Shown: in pieces, positions 54,041-55,016 of the stretch
Layout: every line of letters starts with the position of its first letter
Position numbering within the stretch: the stretch's first letter is position 1
NCBI GenBank assembly: GCA_938038175.1
Contig: CALHRQ010000107.1
Location: 1-55,016 of the forward strand
Origin: an uncultured Granulosicoccaceae bacterium
GTDB lineage: Bacteria; Pseudomonadota; Gammaproteobacteria; Granulosicoccales; Granulosicoccaceae
DNA: 55,016 bases
Direction of reading: 5' to 3'
The notes under the pieces: model-generated
The model's input: only the letters and a program-made list of their open reading frames with translations
What the model was told of the DNA's origin: nothing
Databases searched by the model: none
Position numbers and translations under genes: made by a program

Positions 54041-54643
54041 ATGACAAAAATAAAAGAAGAAAATCGAGAGCCTACCTACATCGGTTATGCGCGTGTTTCA
54101 ACTGCTGAACAATCAGTTCAAATGCAGATTGATGCGCTTTTAAAATTCGGTGTTAAGAAGAAGGACATTTATCACGAGAATATGTCCGGCGTTAAAAAGA
54201 ACCGACCACAGTTGCAAGCGGCAATGCGCCGACTTCGTAAAGGTGATGTGTTAGTTGTCTGGAAGCTGGATAGAGTTGCAAGGTCTATCAACAACCTTCT
54301 TGAGTTGATGAAAGACTTGGAAGATAGAGGCATCAAGTTTCGCAGCATAACCGAAGGTGTAGAAACAGAAACGCCCACCGGACGATTGATACTTGTTGTC
54401 ATGGGTGCGCTTGCTCAGTTCGAGCGTGACTTAATAGTTGAACGAACCCGCGCTGGTGTTGCTGCTGCTAAAGAGCGTGGCGTTAAATTTGGCGCAAAGA
54501 AAACACTAAGCGATGACCACATGCCAAAAATCTGGAAGATGGTTCGAGAGGAAGGCATAAGCCAAAAGGAAGTCGCAAAAAAATACAAGGTTTCAGCACA
54601 GACAATCTGGCGTCGTTTGAAAGAATATGAATCTAACAAGTAG
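54041..54643 (+). CDS. serine resolvase/invertase with C-terminal HTH
   Basis: IGYARVST, GDVLVVWKLDRVARS, AQFERDLIVERT, HTH. Confidence 0.95.
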   Translation: MTKIKEENREPTYIGYARVSTAEQSVQMQIDALLKFGVKKKDIYHENMSGVKKNRPQLQAAMRRLRKGDVLVVWKLDRVARSINNLLELMKDLEDRGIKFRSITEGVETETPTGRLILVVMGALAQFERDLIVERTRAGVAAAKERGVKFGAKKTLSDDHMPKIWKMVREEGISQKEVAKKYKVSAQTIWRRLKEYESNK

Positions 54644-54656
54644 GAGTAATAGCGAT

Positions 54657-54863
54657 ATGGGCAAAACAGTATTCGACAAACTACGTCAAGGCGTCGATGA
54701 GGGTGAATGTATGACGATCATGTGGAACCTGATAGATGAGGCCGAGAAGCAGTCAGAGAGTATAAAAAATGCCATTGCGGCTACAGATGAAATAGATTGC
54801 TCTGCTGATTTGAGCGATTACGTGTCAGATGTTTTGGTGCTAATGATAAAGGAGAATACATGA
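54657..54863 (+). CDS. hypothetical protein
   Basis: AGGAG RBS. Confidence 0.65.
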   Translation: MGKTVFDKLRQGVDEGECMTIMWNLIDEAEKQSESIKNAIAATDEIDCSADLSDYVSDVLVLMIKENT

Positions 54864-55016
54864 GCGACAAGAAAGATTACAGCCACATACATCACCAATT
54901 GCACTCAACTCGTGGGACATCGGGTGACGGCCGTGTATACGTTTCTGTTAACACAAAAACAGGCGAATCAGAAGTGATAGTCGAGCAGACAGTAAAGCAA
55001 CGAATGCCGATAACAG
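54860..55016 (+). CDS. hypothetical protein (3'-truncated)
   Basis: AAGGAG RBS; frame open to window end. Confidence 0.6.
   Translation, partial: MSDKKDYSHIHHQLHSTRGTSGDGRVYVSVNTKTGESEVIVEQTVKQRMPIT

Noticed and set aside
54041-54643. Gin/Cin-type tail-fibre inversion system or Tn3 transposon
   Set aside because: Far from fibre genes; no flanking inverted crossover sites, transposase or terminal repeats found by eye.

Overview
The window is most of a tailed dsDNA phage genome with a lambda-like head module and a siphovirus-type tail; genes are cut at both ends. Left: C5 methyltransferase, a duplicated promoter/small-gene cassette, RusA-like nuclease, GH108 endolysin, DnaJ-domain protein, Q-like antiterminator and late promoter. 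Middle: ParB-methyltransferase, Nu1/GpA-type terminase, portal, S49 protease/scaffold, decoration protein, E-type major capsid, then about 13 kb of large acidic fibre/adhesin-like genes, a three-gene insert with a vanadium-haloperoxidase/PAP2-like enzyme, and the tail operon (gpG/GT -1 frameshift, 617-aa tape measure, GH16 hydrolase). Right: stand-alone LexA DNA-binding domain, RHH/Cro/XRE regulators, initiator with iterons, VRR-NUC and a serine resolvase. The standout signal is that outer virion proteins hold about 3-7% Cys by hand count, while the tape measure and tail chaperone gpG have none and the protease/scaffold has 2 in 461 aa. With the haloperoxidase-like gene inside the morphogenesis operon, this suggests a thiol-crosslinked or redox-armoured virion (hypothesis). 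Also seen: a ~38-aa fibre repeat reused in two unrelated non-structural proteins, a candidate pseudoknotted ncRNA and an inverted GH16 remnant. No tRNA, rRNA, CRISPR array, reverse transcriptase or integrase was recognised. All family calls come from motif recognition by eye; no database search was run.
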